Below are positions 61,779-64,000 of a stretch of DNA of 64,000 bases, piece after piece; within the stretch, counting starts at the first letter, position 1; every line of letters starts with the position of its first letter. The notes beneath the pieces were generated by a model, which was not told where the DNA came from, searched no databases, and saw only the letters and a program-made list of their open reading frames with translations. Both the position numbers and the translations under genes were made by a program. The stretch is taken from contig JAYWIR010000033.1 of NCBI GenBank assembly GCA_036172245.1, positions 124,001 to 188,000 on the forward strand, read 5' to 3'. Source of the stretch: Raillietiella orientalis (taxonomy: Eukaryota).

Positions 61779-61779
61779 G

Positions 61780-64000
61780 CGCTCTAAGGTGGACGTGTTT
61801 TCTCGGTGCTCCTCGTGCCAGAAAGTCTCCCCCAGTGCAAGCGTCGTGTGGTTCGGTGGTCGATCAGGCAGCGATGCCTGACGCGACCACGAGGAATGGC
61901 CAGGGGGAGGCGGCAACGTCGCCCCCAGAGGCGATGGAGATGGGGGCATCCGCCTCCACAGAATCAGTCCCCGCTGCAGCGCATGCGTGGAGCGCTGTTG
62001 TATCGGCGCCATCGCCTGCAGCCGCGGCGGAATTGTTGGCCTATGTGGAGGAGGGGTACAACCCCTCATTGTTCTACAAGGTAGGCAATTTATATTCTTA
62101 AGAGAGCGCGCGCGCCTCCTCGAAGGGCATGCGCGCTCTCGATGTGAAAGAGGAGGAGCTTAGCGCTATGACCATCCGCAGAGGAAGTCAGTACGTTGAG
62201 GTCATCTGCAGACATGCAGAGCTGGCCCAACGACTGCTTAAAACCCCCGTAGTGATGGGGACGCGCAGGCTTCTCTTCACTACGGCGGACCGCAGCATGG
62301 TGGTCCACCTGTTAGGCGTCACCGCGCGAATGCGCAATGAACATGTTCGCGCTGCTTTGAAACAGTTCGGAACGGTCCACGCGCAGTGGACTTAAGTTTG
62401 TCCCTTCGAGGACTACGCAAGGCTGCAACACGGCCTCACGGATGCGCGCGTGACCGTTCGGGAGGGCTGCACTCTTCCCCACAAACTGGTGGTCGAAGGC
62501 GAAACCGTCGACCTCTGGTATGTGGGGAAGCCGAAATACTGTGGCTTCTGCAAGACGTCGGGCCACCTCAAAAAGAGGTGTCCCAATGTGCAGTGCCAAG
62601 TATGCGGCACAATGGGCCACACGAGGGAGGTGTGCCCAAAAGCAGCAGTGCGGGTGGTTTCCAAGAGAAACCTTAAAAAACGCGCCCGGCCTCTGCAGAA
62701 AAGACTGGCGGCGAAAGCTGCCGCGAAGGCTGTGCCACCCGCTCCCAAGACCCAGGCCGCACCCGAGACCCCGACGACCAACGCCGAAACAGTCAAGGGA
62801 ACTAGGTGGAAGCCTGGGTGGCAGGTGGATACGGCCAAAAAATCAAAGAAGGAGAGGATCATGGAAAAGAAAATCGCCTAACAACAGAAGAAGAAAGAGC
62901 AGGGTAGCGCGATAATTAAAGAGTGCAGCGTCGATATCGAACGCGTTCTTGATGTTGCCGAACGCTGCCGGAAAGAACTCGCCGCTACCGACGACCTCCC
63001 CTCTGTTGACACAGTCAACAGCGAGGGGAGCAAGCCGGCGGCGGCGTCCGTCATAGACACCACCATCGATGACGTAGCCTTCGCGCGAGCCGCGGAGGAG
63101 CTGGCAGCCTCGTTGCAGCCAGAACCCTCCAGGGCTGGTAAGAAGGCCGTAAGGCGTCCGGCCTCTTCTCAGGATTCCCCCACTTCCGACCCCGAGGTGG
63201 AGGCCGGAAGCGCAGCCTCCGTTTCCACGGCACCGCGCAAGAAGGATGGACGTAAGTCCACAAAGCCAAGGAAGCTCGTCTCCCCCGTCAAAGGGGAAGA
63301 GATGGCTTCCGCAAGCGAGGGTGCCATCAGCGTTGGAAACTCTCGGGACCCGTCGCCCGAGAGACTCCCACGCGCGGACACGGAAGGGATGGAGAGGGTG
63401 GAGGCCGAACAGGTACCTCAGGTGCCTGAGAAGGCCGAAACCCCCATGGACATCCCGCCCGCCTCGCAAGAGGAGGGCTTCCCCACACCTTAATCTTCCC
63501 AGCAGTAATGCCGGGAATCTCCTCCCGCCGTCGTCTGCGCATCGCCGTTTGGAACATGAACGGCATGACAGACGCCGGCAGGAGACGAGACATGGCCGCC
63601 CTTTTGGAGTCCTACGACCTTGCGCTGCTGCAGGAGATCCACGTGATCTCTGCAGAACAAGCGCAAGAGTTCGAACGGATCTCCGGAGGGCGGCTATGGT
63701 ACAGGTGTGGGAGAGCGAAAAGTTGCGGTGTTGCCTACCTACTTCGGCCAGCCGTCGAGGAAGCGGCTCGGGACGTGCGGTTCGACGATCACGCTCGTGT
63801 CGGCCAGCTGACTCTCAGGTGGTCCGACTCGATCGATCTGATCGTCACGAACGTGTACGCACCGAGCGGCAAGGACCTGATGAACAGCAGGGCTAGGAAA
63901 AAGTTTTTCCTTGCCCTCCGGCGAGACTGGCTGACCGAAGCAGGCGTGCGGAATGCCCATCTGGTTGCAGGCGATTTCAACGTTCGCCTCAAGCCAGATG
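61780..64000 (+). mobile_element. 5' half: UTR, ORF1 and APE; runs off the window end
   Basis: YCGFCKTSGHLKKRCPNVQCQVCGTMGHTREVC, ORF2 ATG at 63508, WNMNG, LLQEIH, NVYAP, AGDFN. Confidence 0.95.

Overview
This window is eukaryotic nuclear DNA, most likely from a pancrustacean arthropod (inferred from the cox1-trnL2 order and invertebrate mitochondrial code of the embedded mitochondrial sequence). I found no intact gene. It has three components. (1) Nuclear mitochondrial pseudogenes (NUMTs): a ~8.2-kb degraded mitogenome copy at ~10965-19172, rRNA fragments of it at 1-838 and 44392-44962, and a separate older cox3 fragment at ~9560-9825. (2) About 45 kb of decayed L1/Tx1-like non-LTR retrotransposons, with a zinc-knuckle ORF1 and an APE-RT-zinc finger ORF2. 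These mostly occur as alternating minus-strand 3' halves and plus-strand 5' halves whose junctions recur at a few homologous ORF2 positions. (3) A probable NACHT/NLR-type pseudogene remnant at ~8.2-9.5 kb. Large segmental duplications tie these together (1-4.7 kb / 18.3-23.0 kb / 44.6-48.4 kb, and 18.2-29.5 kb / 44.4-55.0 kb). The most interesting signals are the recurrent retroelement-into-retroelement junctions with matching left and right ends, a conserved poly(A)-less GC-rich 3' terminus, a conserved TAATG stop-start overlap between ORF1 and ORF2, and a rearranged mitochondrial tRNA order with T-armless tRNAs. All alignments were made by eye and boundaries are approximate.
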